Of a DNA stretch of 36,181 nt, positions 1 through 7,505 are shown in pieces. This DNA is from Acidobacteriota bacterium (lineage in GTDB: Bacteria > Acidobacteriota > Vicinamibacteria > Vicinamibacterales > JAENWD01), in the NCBI GenBank assembly GCA_046731935.1, contig JBKPMA010000287.1, positions 1 to 36,181 on the forward strand, in the 5' to 3' direction. The number at the start of each line of letters is the position of its first letter. Within the stretch, counting starts at the first letter, position 1. Made by a program: the position numbers and the translations under genes. Below the pieces are notes generated by a model that saw only the letters and a list, made by a program, of their open reading frames with translations, was not told the DNA's origin and ran no database searches.

Positions 1-1220
1 AGAAACCACTGGCGGCTCGTGACGATCTCGAGCGGTCGATCGCCCTTCTCGTAGAACTTGACGGGATGGGTGATCGGCCGCGGCTCGCCGATGAGATCGC
101 CGCTCGCCGCGAGTTGCTCCACGATACGCGTCCGCGCCTTCGCGGCTGGCAGTCCTGCAAGCTGATCGTACGCAACCTGGGCGCTCGAGGCATCCTTCGA
201 CTCCCAACCCGGGTCTCCCCAAGTGACGGGGCGGAACCGGCCATCTGACAGGATGACGGCGCGCACCGGCAGCGACAACTCACGCCACCAGATCACGTCG
301 GTCAGATCGCCGAACGTGCAGATCATCGCGATGCCAGTGCCCTTCTCGGGATTGGCCAACGCATGCGGACGAATCGGGACCTTGACCTGGAAGAGCGGCG
401 TCGTCACCTCGGTCCCGAAGAGCGGCTTGTACCGCTCGTCGTCCGGATGCGCGACCAGCGCGACGCATGCCGGAATCAATTCAGGGCGCGTCGTATCGAT
501 CTCGACGAATGCGCCATCCGGCCGTGCGAAGCGCACGCGGTGGTACGCGGCCGGCACCTCGCGGTCCTCGAGCTCGGCCTGTGCGACAGCAGTGCGGAAG
601 TCGATGTCCCAGAGCGTCGGTGCCTCGAGCTGATACGCGATCCCCTTCGCCAACAGCCGGAGGAATGCCTGCTGTGATACGCGCTGCGCGTAGCGGCCTA
701 CCGTGCTGTAGGTCATCGACCAGTCGACGGAGAGCCCGAGATGCTTCCAGAGGGCTTCGAAGGCCTTCTCGTCTTCGCCAGTCAACTGCTCGCAAAGCGC
801 AATGAAGTTCGGCCGCGACACGGGAATCGGCGACTTGCCAGGTTTGTCCGGCGGCTGGAACGAGGCGTCGAAGGGCAGCGACGGATCGCATCTGACACCG
901 TAGTAGTTCTGGACCCGTCGTTCGGTCGGAAGGCCGTTGTCGTCCCACCCCATCGGATAGAACACTTCGCGGCCCCGCATCCGGTGGAATCGCGCGACGC
1001 AATCCGTATGCGTGTAGGAGAAGACGTGGCCCACATGGAGCGACCCGCTCACGGTAGGCGGTGGCGTGTCGATCGAGTAGATCTCGGAGCGAGCACGCGA
1101 TCGGTCGAAGCGATACACGCCCTCGGCTTCCCAGCGCGCCATCCACTTGTCTTCGAGGCCCTCGAGTGCTGGCTTCTCGGGCAGGCGGATCGATCCGGCA
1201 GGATTCTCGGGCTGGGTCAT
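1..1220 (-). CDS. valS: valine--tRNA ligase, N-terminal ~406 codons (rest lies beyond the window edge)
   Basis: Not in the ORF track because it runs off the window. My reverse-strand translation from ATG (complement of 1218-1220) stays open to position 1. It reads MTQPENPAGSIRLPEKPALEGLEDKWMARWEAEGVYRFDRSRARSEIYSIDTPPPTVSGSLHVGHVFSYTHTDCVARFHRMRGREVFYPMGWDDNGLPTERRVQNYYGVRCDP... It has the class-I HIGH motif (HVGH) and blocks typical of actinobacterial/archaeal-type ValRS. Confidence 0.85.
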   Translation of the reverse strand, partial: MTQPENPAGSIRLPEKPALEGLEDKWMARWEAEGVYRFDRSRARSEIYSIDTPPPTVSGSLHVGHVFSYTHTDCVARFHRMRGREVFYPMGWDDNGLPTERRVQNYYGVRCDPSLPFDASFQPPDKPGKSPIPVSRPNFIALCEQLTGEDEKAFEALWKHLGLSVDWSMTYSTVGRYAQRVSQQAFLRLLAKGIAYQLEAPTLWDIDFRTAVAQAELEDREVPAAYHRVRFARPDGAFVEIDTTRPELIPACVALVAHPDDERYKPLFGTEVTTPLFQVKVPIRPHALANPEKGTGIAMICTFGDLTDVIWWRELSLPVRAVILSDGRFRPVTWGDPGWESKDASSAQVAYDQLAGLPAAKARTRIVEQLAASGDLIGEPRPITHPVKFYEKGDRPLEIVTSRQWF

Positions 1221-1228
1221 AACCGACG

Positions 1229-1258
1229 ATGGTACTGGGAGCGACGGCGGAGGCGCAA
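1229..1258 (-). promoter_or_regulatory. candidate promoter TTGCGC-N18-TACCAT; the -10 ends 8 nt before the valS ATG
   Basis: Minus strand reads TTGCGC (1258-1253), an 18-nt spacer, TACCAT (1234-1229), then cgtcggtt and ATG at 1220. No Shine-Dalgarno fits in between. Confidence 0.3.
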
Positions 1259-1309
1259 GGACAGCGATCACGGAGGATCGCGCGCCGGCGTGCTGCGGAC
1301 GGATCCCGT

Positions 1310-2347
1310 TCAGTGCGATCCGCGGAGCACGGTTTGCTTGATGCGTTCGATCTCTTCTCGCACGATACGCTCGGCGACTTCCGACACGATGGCCGGCGCG
1401 ATCTCGCGGATGAGGCGTTCGGAGATCTCCGCGTTCACCTTTCGAGCGACCTGTTCGACCAGCTCTTCGCTGAACACGGGCGCCGGCTGTGGAAGGGTCG
1501 GGGCCGGCTGCCCGTGCTCCATTCCGAGCAGCGCACCAAACGCATCCGCCATGCTCAGGCCGGCCGCGCCAGCCTTGGTGGCGGCGGGCGTCCCCGCGCC
1601 AGCCGCTTCGGCTTTCGCGGCCGCGGCGAGCTGCGCCGGCACGAAGCGTCCCGTATCCTGCAGCGATTTCTGGGGGGCCGGTGGCGGAGGCGCCGCTAAT
1701 CCCGCAAACGGGTCGGCAGGCTGCAGCGGCACGTCGAGATCGGCAAATGCTCTGTCTAAACGCTGAAAGTAGTCTTCGACGGTGGCGGCCGACGACGCCG
1801 GCGGAACGCGAATCTCTACGGTCGGCGGCGACGATGACGCGGCTGTGGCCGGAGGCGTGGACGTGGTCGTGGAGACGGGTGCCGGTTCCGCAGCGGGTGC
1901 TGATTCGGCAGCGGGTGCCGGTTCGACAGACGCGGGCGCTGCGGCGGCAGCCGGCGCAGGAGCAGCCAGCTTGGACGCTCCGTTCTGGAGCAACTCGCGG
2001 ACCCGGGCGATCACATGCTGTGGTTCGAAGGGTTTGATTAACACACCGGCAGCTCCACACGCATTGACGGCTGCATCGTCAACGGGATCGAACGCTCCCG
2101 TCAGCAGCAGCACAGGAATCCGCGACAACGCCGGCGTGTCGCGGACGTGCCGCGCCACCGCATAGCCATCGCGACCGGGCATGTCCACATCCGCCAGCAC
2201 GATGTCGGGCGGTGTCGCGTCGAGCCGCGCCACGGCCTGGTTCCCGTCGCCGACGGCGACCACCGTCACGTCTTCGTCAGCGAAGGTCAGTTCGATGACC
2301 CGCTGGATCGTGACGCTGTCATCGGCGAGCAGGAGCGTATGAGACAT
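1310..2347 (-). CDS. response regulator: CheY-like receiver, Ala/Pro-rich repeat linker, and an unknown conserved-looking helical C-terminal module
   Basis: ORF 1310-2404, with the start moved to the internal ATG at 2347 (MSHTLLLADDSVTIQRVIEL...). Receiver hallmarks are DD, DVDMPGRDGY and LIKPF. There is no recognisable DNA-binding or enzymatic output domain. The C-terminus is SEELVEQVARKVNAEISERLIREIAPAIVSEVAERIVREEIERIKQ. Confidence 0.8.
   Translation of the reverse strand: MSHTLLLADDSVTIQRVIELTFADEDVTVVAVGDGNQAVARLDATPPDIVLADVDMPGRDGYAVARHVRDTPALSRIPVLLLTGAFDPVDDAAVNACGAAGVLIKPFEPQHVIARVRELLQNGASKLAAPAPAAAAAPASVEPAPAAESAPAAEPAPVSTTTSTPPATAASSSPPTVEIRVPPASSAATVEDYFQRLDRAFADLDVPLQPADPFAGLAAPPPPAPQKSLQDTGRFVPAQLAAAAKAEAAGAGTPAATKAGAAGLSMADAFGALLGMEHGQPAPTLPQPAPVFSEELVEQVARKVNAEISERLIREIAPAIVSEVAERIVREEIERIKQTVLRGSH
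1874..1927. repeat. 18-bp in-frame tandem repeat x3 inside the response-regulator linker
   Basis: The units are gacgggtgccggttccgc / agcgggtgctgattcggc / agcgggtgccggttcgac, with a degenerate fourth unit at 1928-1945. On the minus strand they encode x-E-(P/S)-A-P-A hexapeptides (VEPAPAAESAPAAEPAP). Each unit contains a GGTTC/GATTC core. Confidence 0.85.
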
Positions 2348-2356
2348 GCTCGGCTG

Positions 2357-2385
2357 AGCGTAAGCGGGAAGAAAAGCACTGTCAA
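2357..2385 (-). promoter_or_regulatory. candidate sigma70-type promoter TTGACA-N17-TACGCT; the -10 ends 9 nt before the response-regulator ATG
   Basis: Minus strand reads ggcaaTTGACAgtgcttttcttcccgctTACGCTcagccgagcATG. The -35 is perfect (2385-2380), the spacer is 17 nt, and the -10 fits TAnnnT (2362-2357). Confidence 0.45.
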
Positions 2386-2507
2386 TTGCCGATTCTGGCC
2401 GCACAACGTCGAATCTGCACGGGAACTGGCGCGAGGTCGAGGCAGCGTGCGAAATCCGTCGGTCGTGCGCGGAGATTGTGAAACCCCTTCGAAGCGGCTG
2501 GCTCGAG

Positions 2508-2529
2508 CGCGGCGCACGTCTGCGCCGCG
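2508..2529 (-). terminator. GC-rich stem-loop just downstream of the mutase small-subunit stop (possible intrinsic terminator without a U-tract)
   Basis: GCGGCGCA (2509-2516), loop cgtc, TGCGCCGC (2521-2528), extendable by the C2508-G2529 pair. It lies 5 nt from the stop codon at 2534-2536. No clear T-run follows on the minus strand. Confidence 0.35.
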
Positions 2530-2533
2530 TTGC

Positions 2534-2941
2534 TCACGTCTCCTGCCGGCTGCGCACGTTCGCCGTGATGAATGACGCGATCGCGTCCGTTCGAGTGCCC
2601 GGAGGGAAGATGCCGCGGATGCCGAGTTCCTGGAGAAACGGCAGGTCGGTGTCCGGCACGATGCCGCCGACGACGACGAGGACGTCACTCAACTGCCGGT
2701 CGCGCAACAGCTCCATGATCCGCGCGCAGATTGGCTTGTGCGCCCCCGAGAGAATGGACAAGCCGATGACATCCGCATCTTCCTGCAGTGCGGCGCTCAC
2801 GATCTGCTCAGGTGTTTGCCGCAGCCCTGTGTAGACCACTTCCATCCCCGCGTCGCGCAACGCGCGGGCGATGACCTTTGCCCCTCGGTCGTGGCCGTCG
2901 AGGCCCGGCTTGGCAATGACGACGCGGATGCGGCGGCTCAT
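2534..2941 (-). CDS. B12-binding small subunit of a split acyl-CoA mutase (IcmB/MCM C-terminal-domain type)
   Basis: The 135-aa ORF contains [65 protein letters not shown]. This holds the DxHxxG cobalamin-binding motif (GLDGHDRG). Its ATG at 2941 directly abuts the large-subunit stop at 2942-2944. Confidence 0.85.
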   Translation of the reverse strand: MSRRIRVVIAKPGLDGHDRGAKVIARALRDAGMEVVYTGLRQTPEQIVSAALQEDADVIGLSILSGAHKPICARIMELLRDRQLSDVLVVVGGIVPDTDLPFLQELGIRGIFPPGTRTDAIASFITANVRSRQET

Positions 2942-4597
2942 TCAGATGCTCGGTGTCTCTTCCCACTCGCCCCAGACGTCGCGAAGCGCGTCGCACATCT
3001 CGCCGATTGTGGCGTACGCCCGCACCGCGTCGAGGATATGTGGCATCAGGTTGGGGCGAGACGGAGGGGCCACAGTCGGCGTCGTATTCGTGTTCGGATT
3101 CGTCTTCGTGGTCGAGGCGACGCGCTTGAGCGAGTCGAGGGCACGTGTGACGGCCTCTCCACTCCGGTCGCGGCGCAGGGCCTGGAGCCGTGCGATCTGG
3201 CGGTCCGCGCTCGACTCGTCGATATACAAAGTCGGGATCCGCTGCTCGTCGCTGGTCGCGTACTTGCTCACGCCGACAATCGTCTTGTCGCCGCGTTCGA
3301 CGGCTTCCAGATAGCGGTACGCGCTGTCTGCGATTTCGCGCTGCGGGTAGCCGCGCTCGATGGCAGCCACCATCCCACCCATCTGATCGATGGTGTCGAA
3401 GTATTGATACGCCTCGCGCTCGAGATCGCGCGTGAGCGCTTCGACGAGATACGAGCCGCCGAGCGGATCCGCGACGTTCGCGACGCCGCTCTCGTTCGCG
3501 ATGATCTGCTGCGTGCGGAGCGCCAGTGTCGCCGCTTCCGCAGTCGGAAGCGCCAGCGCTTCGTCGAGCGAGTTGGTGTGCAGCGAGTTCGTCCCTCCCA
3601 TCACCGCCGCGAGCGCTTGAATGGCGGTGCGGACGACGTTGTTGTAGGGCTGCTGTGCGGTCAGCGAGACGCCGGCCGTCTGGGTGTGGAAGCGGAGCTT
3701 CCACGAGCGCTCGTCGCGGGCCTTGAAGCGGTCGCGCATGACGTGGGCCCAGATCTTCCGGGCCGCCCGGTACTTGGCCACTTCCTCGAAGAAGTCGTTG
3801 TGCGCGTTGAAGAAGAACGAGATGCGCGGAGCGAAGCGATCGACATCCAACCCGGCGTCGATGGCCCACTGCACGTACTCGATGCCGTCGCGGAGCGTGA
3901 ACGCCAGTTCCTGCGCCGCGGTCGATCCCGCCTCACGGATGTGATAGCCGCTCACTGAAATGGTGTTCCAGCGCGGCACGTGATCCGCGCAGAAGCCGAA
4001 GACGTCCGTCACGAGACGCATCGACTCTCGCGGAGGATAGATGAACTCTTTCTGCGCGATGAACTCTTTCAGGATGTCGTTCTGAATCGTCCCCGAGAGC
4101 GTCTGCCAGCTCGCGCCCTGCTGCTCGGCGACGACGAGATACATCGCGAAGATCATCGCCGCCGGCGAGTTGATCGTCATCGACGTCGTCAACTCGCCAA
4201 GAGGGATGCCGCTGAAGAGCGCCTCCATGTCGGCGAGCGACGCGACGCTGACACCGCACTTCCCCACCTCTCCGAGCGACAGCTCGTCGTCTGGATCCCG
4301 GCCCATCAGCGTCGGCAGGTCGAACGCGACGCTGAGTCCCGTGCCGCCGGCAGAGAGCAGCTCGCGGTACCGGGCGTTGGTGTCCTCCGGCGTGCCGAAG
4401 CCCGCGAACTGGCGCATGGTCCACTGCTTGCCGCGGTAGCCGAGCGGATGGATGCCGCGCGTGTAGGGGAACTCACCAGGATTCGCGATGTCCCGGCCGT
4501 ATTCAGTGTCGGCCAGATCGTCCGGCGTGTAGAACACGTCTACTGTGCGGCCGGACACCGTGGTGAACGCAGGGTCGTCGATGGAACTGCCGCGCAT
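2942..4597 (-). CDS. acyl-CoA mutase large (catalytic) subunit, isobutyryl-CoA-mutase-like signature
   Basis: ORF 2942-4666, with start preferred at ATG 4597 ([17 protein letters not shown]...) because a perfect TATAAT lies 6 nt upstream. Conserved blocks are [45 protein letters not shown] and [11 protein letters not shown]. Confidence 0.85.
   Translation of the reverse strand: MRGSSIDDPAFTTVSGRTVDVFYTPDDLADTEYGRDIANPGEFPYTRGIHPLGYRGKQWTMRQFAGFGTPEDTNARYRELLSAGGTGLSVAFDLPTLMGRDPDDELSLGEVGKCGVSVASLADMEALFSGIPLGELTTSMTINSPAAMIFAMYLVVAEQQGASWQTLSGTIQNDILKEFIAQKEFIYPPRESMRLVTDVFGFCADHVPRWNTISVSGYHIREAGSTAAQELAFTLRDGIEYVQWAIDAGLDVDRFAPRISFFFNAHNDFFEEVAKYRAARKIWAHVMRDRFKARDERSWKLRFHTQTAGVSLTAQQPYNNVVRTAIQALAAVMGGTNSLHTNSLDEALALPTAEAATLALRTQQIIANESGVANVADPLGGSYLVEALTRDLEREAYQYFDTIDQMGGMVAAIERGYPQREIADSAYRYLEAVERGDKTIVGVSKYATSDEQRIPTLYIDESSADRQIARLQALRRDRSGEAVTRALDSLKRVASTTKTNPNTNTTPTVAPPSRPNLMPHILDAVRAYATIGEMCDALRDVWGEWEETPSI
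3078..3113. repeat. hexanucleotide (GNNTTC) tandem repeat inside the mutase large-subunit gene
   Basis: Plus strand reads ggcgtc gtattc gtgttc ggattc gtcttc gtggtc. The minus strand encodes the dipeptide-repeat insert [13 protein letters not shown]. The hexamer words gtattc, gtgttc, ggattc and gtcttc are the same ones found in the intergenic array at 15995-16030. Confidence 0.8.
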
Positions 4598-4603
4598 GGC
4601 GCC

Positions 4604-4609
4604 ATTATA
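4604..4609 (-). promoter_or_regulatory. perfect TATAAT -10 box 6 nt upstream of the mutase ATG (leaderless-type promoter)
   Basis: Minus strand reads ctctcgcTATAATggcgccATGcgc. A consensus -10 is conspicuous in this GC-rich DNA. No good -35 was seen. Confidence 0.5.
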
Positions 4610-4753
4610 GCGAGAGGCGGACGCGGCTCTCACTAACCCATTGGAAAGAGGCGACTTGACAGCCACGGCCGCTTGACTTCGCAGCGGACGCGGAAGTACG
4701 GTGAGACGTTTGCCGCCTCATCGACGCGCCACTTCGGCGCCATACGAGGAACC

Positions 4754-6004
4754 ATGGCCGGAGACGGGACCATCTTTGATGCGATGCTCCAGGAGTTCGA
4801 TGGAGCCGCACGCATCCTCAATCTCGAGCCGGGCATCTGGCGCATCCTGACGCGGCCGAAACGTCAGATCACCGTGTCGTGTCCCGTGCAGATGGACAAC
4901 GGTGAGATCGAAGTCTTCACCGGCTACCGCGTGCAGTACAACATCACGCTCGGTCCCGCCAAGGGGGGCATCCGGTACCACCCGGACGTGAGCCTCGACG
5001 AGGTGACCGCTCTCGCCGCATGGATGACGTGGAAGTGCGCCGTGGCGCACATCCCGTTCGGCGGCGGCAAGGGCGGCATCATCTGCGATCCGACGCGGAT
5101 GTCGAAACGCGAGCTCGAGGCGCTCACACGCCGGTACGTCGCGGAAATCATCGACGCGATCGGACCAGACAAGGACGTCCCCGCCCCCGACGTCAACACC
5201 AACGAGCAGGTCATGGCGTGGGTCATGGACACCTACTCGATGCATATCGGCCGCACCGAAACGGCCATCGTCACGGGGAAGCCCGTCGCGCTGGGCGGAT
5301 CCGAGGGCCGGCGTGAGGCGACCGGACGTGGCGTCATGATCTGCACGCGTGAGACAGCCAACCATCTGAAGATCGACCTCAGCAAGGCCACGGTCGCTGT
5401 GCAGGGGTTTGGCAACGTCGGCTCGGTCTCAGCGGATTTGATCAGCCGTCTCGGGGCGAAGATCGTCGCTGTCACCGATTGGCGCGGCGGCGTCTACAAG
5501 AAGGACGGCCTCGACATCCCGAGCCTCATCGACTGGACCAAGCAGCACAAGACGGTGGACGGCTATCCGTTTGCGGATGCGCTGCCGCACGAGGACCTCT
5601 TCGGGCTCGACGTGGACATCTTCATCCCGGCCGCACTCGAGAATCAGATCACGGCCGAGAACGCCGGCACCATCAAGGCGCGGGTGGTCGTCGAAGGTGC
5701 CAACGGGCCGACCACGCCGGAGGCGCACAAGCTGCTCCACGATCGGGGAGTCTTCGTCGTACCCGATATCCTGGCGAACAGCGGAGGCGTGACGGGCTCC
5801 TACTTTGAATGGGTGCAGAACCGCCACGGCTACTACTGGACTGAAGCCGAGGTGAACAACCGGCTCGAAGCCAAGATGCACGAGGCGTTCACGGCGGTCT
5901 TGAAGACGTCGCTCAAGTACACTGTCGACATGCGGACGGCTGCCTACATCGAAGCCATCAACCGCGTGGCGACGGTGACGCGGATGCGCGGCATGTACGC
6001 GTAA
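4754..6004 (+). CDS. gdhA: NAD(P)-dependent glutamate dehydrogenase (Glu/Leu/Phe/Val dehydrogenase family)
   Basis: ORF 4673-6004, with start moved to ATG 4754, which is preceded by GAGGA. Motifs seen are GPAKGGIRYHP, the catalytic-Lys box PFGGGKGG, and the Rossmann motif VQGFGNVG. Confidence 0.9.
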   Translation: MAGDGTIFDAMLQEFDGAARILNLEPGIWRILTRPKRQITVSCPVQMDNGEIEVFTGYRVQYNITLGPAKGGIRYHPDVSLDEVTALAAWMTWKCAVAHIPFGGGKGGIICDPTRMSKRELEALTRRYVAEIIDAIGPDKDVPAPDVNTNEQVMAWVMDTYSMHIGRTETAIVTGKPVALGGSEGRREATGRGVMICTRETANHLKIDLSKATVAVQGFGNVGSVSADLISRLGAKIVAVTDWRGGVYKKDGLDIPSLIDWTKQHKTVDGYPFADALPHEDLFGLDVDIFIPAALENQITAENAGTIKARVVVEGANGPTTPEAHKLLHDRGVFVVPDILANSGGVTGSYFEWVQNRHGYYWTEAEVNNRLEAKMHEAFTAVLKTSLKYTVDMRTAAYIEAINRVATVTRMRGMYA

Positions 6005-6006
6005 AT

Positions 6007-6048
6007 AGGCGTTGGGCTTCAGGCGTTGGGCCACAGGCTCGGCCTGAC
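6007..6048. repeat. 14-bp (2 x 7) direct repeat, about 3 copies, just after the gdh stop
   Basis: aggcgttgggc occurs at 6007-6017 and again at 6021-6031. A degenerate third copy, aggctcggcc, starts at 6035. The period is 14 nt. Confidence 0.6.
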
Positions 6049-6083
6049 GCTGGCGCATCACGTCCAGACCTGCGGGTCGGTCA

Positions 6084-7478
6084 ATGCTCTCTCGCCGGCA
6101 GTTCCTCTCGAGCCTCGGTGCCGCGGCGATTGTCCCGCGAACGCAGGGATGGCACGGATCGCGAGCGATGCCGTCGCCGTTGCTGCGAAGCGCGACGCCG
6201 GATCCCCGGATTGGATGGCGGGGTGAGTCGGCGGTCTCGATGGGCCTGCGCGCAGGCACCCTGCACGACGATCGCGTCCGCCGCCGCACGAATCCGCATC
6301 CCCCAGTCGATTGGGCTACCATCGGCGCACAGCTCCGCAAGACCTATCCGGATCTGCGACGTCATTTCGTGTTCGAGTACTACCCGTGGTACGCGACCAA
6401 TCCCTGGCGCCATTGGGATCTCTGGGACCGCCAACCTCCCTCTGACATCGCAGCGACCTCCGTTCCACTGCTGGGTCCGTACGATTCGCGCTCGTCCAGC
6501 GTCATCGAACAGCACGCGCGATGGATTGCCGACGCCGGCGTCGGCGCAATCAACATTTCGTGGTGGGGGCAGGGCTCGTTCGAGGATCAGGCCGTGCCGC
6601 TCGTGATGGATGTCATGCGCGATCACGACATCCACGTCACCTTCCACCTGGAGCCGTACCGTACCGATCGCGTGAGCTCGTATGCGTCTGATATCGAGTA
6701 CCTGCTCCGCGAATACGGCGACAAGCGGCGGTGGGATTGCTTCCTGTTGCTGGAGAACGCGTCGGGCACGGTCGGCCCGGTCTTCAAATCGTTTCGCACC
6801 ATGGTGCTGCCGACGAGTACCGATTGCCACGGCGTCGTGAGCGCCATCCCGGACTACGTCCCCGATTCGACATGGCGCCGCCAGACCGATGGTCTTCGCA
6901 CGGCACTGCGTGCCGAGTTCGACGACATCCTGCTGCTGGCGGATGTCAGCGATATCGGTCGGATGGCGGCGGCAGGCTTCGATGGAATGGCGATCTACGA
7001 CAACTTCGTGCTGCCGACGGCTTGGCCCGGACTCGCAGAACTGTGTTCCTCGAAGGATCTCCTGTTCTCGTTCAACGTCAACGCGGGATTCGACGGGATT
7101 GCGCTTCGCCACGTCGATCCTGGCTCGTGTTACACACCGACGCCGGTCACGCCAGCCGGGACCTATGACTGGACGCAGCCGCTCGATCGTGAGCTGGCCT
7201 CGGAGCAGTCCCTGGCGCGGATGGCGGAATCCTTCCGGACCACCATCGAGTTGCAGGCGGCTGAGGCGCTCTCGAATACGCGCCGTGGTGTGTTCCTCAC
7301 GTACATCGGTACGTTCAACGAATGGCATGAAGGGACGCAGTTCGAGCCCATGAAGGACTCCGCCGATCTGCCGCCCGATCAGCGCGGGCTCGGGTACCAC
7401 AACCCGGCCAACGGCATGGCGCGTCTGTCCAGACTCAAGGAGCTGCTGGCCCTGGTTCTGCAGCCGCCATCCGAGTGA
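6084..7478 (+). CDS. Tat-exported glycoside hydrolase family 99-like protein (endo-alpha-mannosidase-like fold)
   Basis: The N-terminus carries a twin-arginine signal, MLSRRQFLSSLGAAAIV. Blocks FEYYPWY..HW, PLLGPYDSRSSSVIEQHARWIADAGVGAINISWWG, VTFHLEPY and GTFNEWHEGTQFEP parallel the conserved blocks of GH99/MANEA as I remember them. Confidence 0.7.
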   Translation: MLSRRQFLSSLGAAAIVPRTQGWHGSRAMPSPLLRSATPDPRIGWRGESAVSMGLRAGTLHDDRVRRRTNPHPPVDWATIGAQLRKTYPDLRRHFVFEYYPWYATNPWRHWDLWDRQPPSDIAATSVPLLGPYDSRSSSVIEQHARWIADAGVGAINISWWGQGSFEDQAVPLVMDVMRDHDIHVTFHLEPYRTDRVSSYASDIEYLLREYGDKRRWDCFLLLENASGTVGPVFKSFRTMVLPTSTDCHGVVSAIPDYVPDSTWRRQTDGLRTALRAEFDDILLLADVSDIGRMAAAGFDGMAIYDNFVLPTAWPGLAELCSSKDLLFSFNVNAGFDGIALRHVDPGSCYTPTPVTPAGTYDWTQPLDRELASEQSLARMAESFRTTIELQAAEALSNTRRGVFLTYIGTFNEWHEGTQFEPMKDSADLPPDQRGLGYHNPANGMARLSRLKELLALVLQPPSE

Positions 7479-7505
7479 TGTCTGCTGCCGCCTCGAGCGC
7501 CAGTC

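Noticed and set aside
741-1766. Long plus-strand ORF (341 aa) and the minus-strand ORF 481-1146, both overlapping the valS region.
   Set aside because: Both lie in the wrong frame or strand of a clearly recognisable ValRS coding sequence. Their products are Arg/Gly/Ala-rich with no motifs, which is a typical GC-rich shadow-ORF artefact.
2738-3958. 406-aa plus-strand ORF and the 353-aa minus-strand ORF 2808-3869 inside the mutase genes.
   Set aside because: They are antisense or off-frame to the strongly conserved acyl-CoA mutase frame. The composition is Arg/Asp/His-rich and no domain signature is present.
4598-4753. Looked for a cobalamin riboswitch upstream of the B12-dependent mutase, and for regulatory RNA in the mutase/gdh divergent region.
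   Set aside because: Only about 150 bp are available, and the mutase start sits 6 nt from a TATAAT box. There is no room for a ~200-nt B12 element, and I saw no B12-box-like sequence. A possible gdh promoter (TTGACT-N18-TACGGT at 4673-4702) is too weak to report as a feature.
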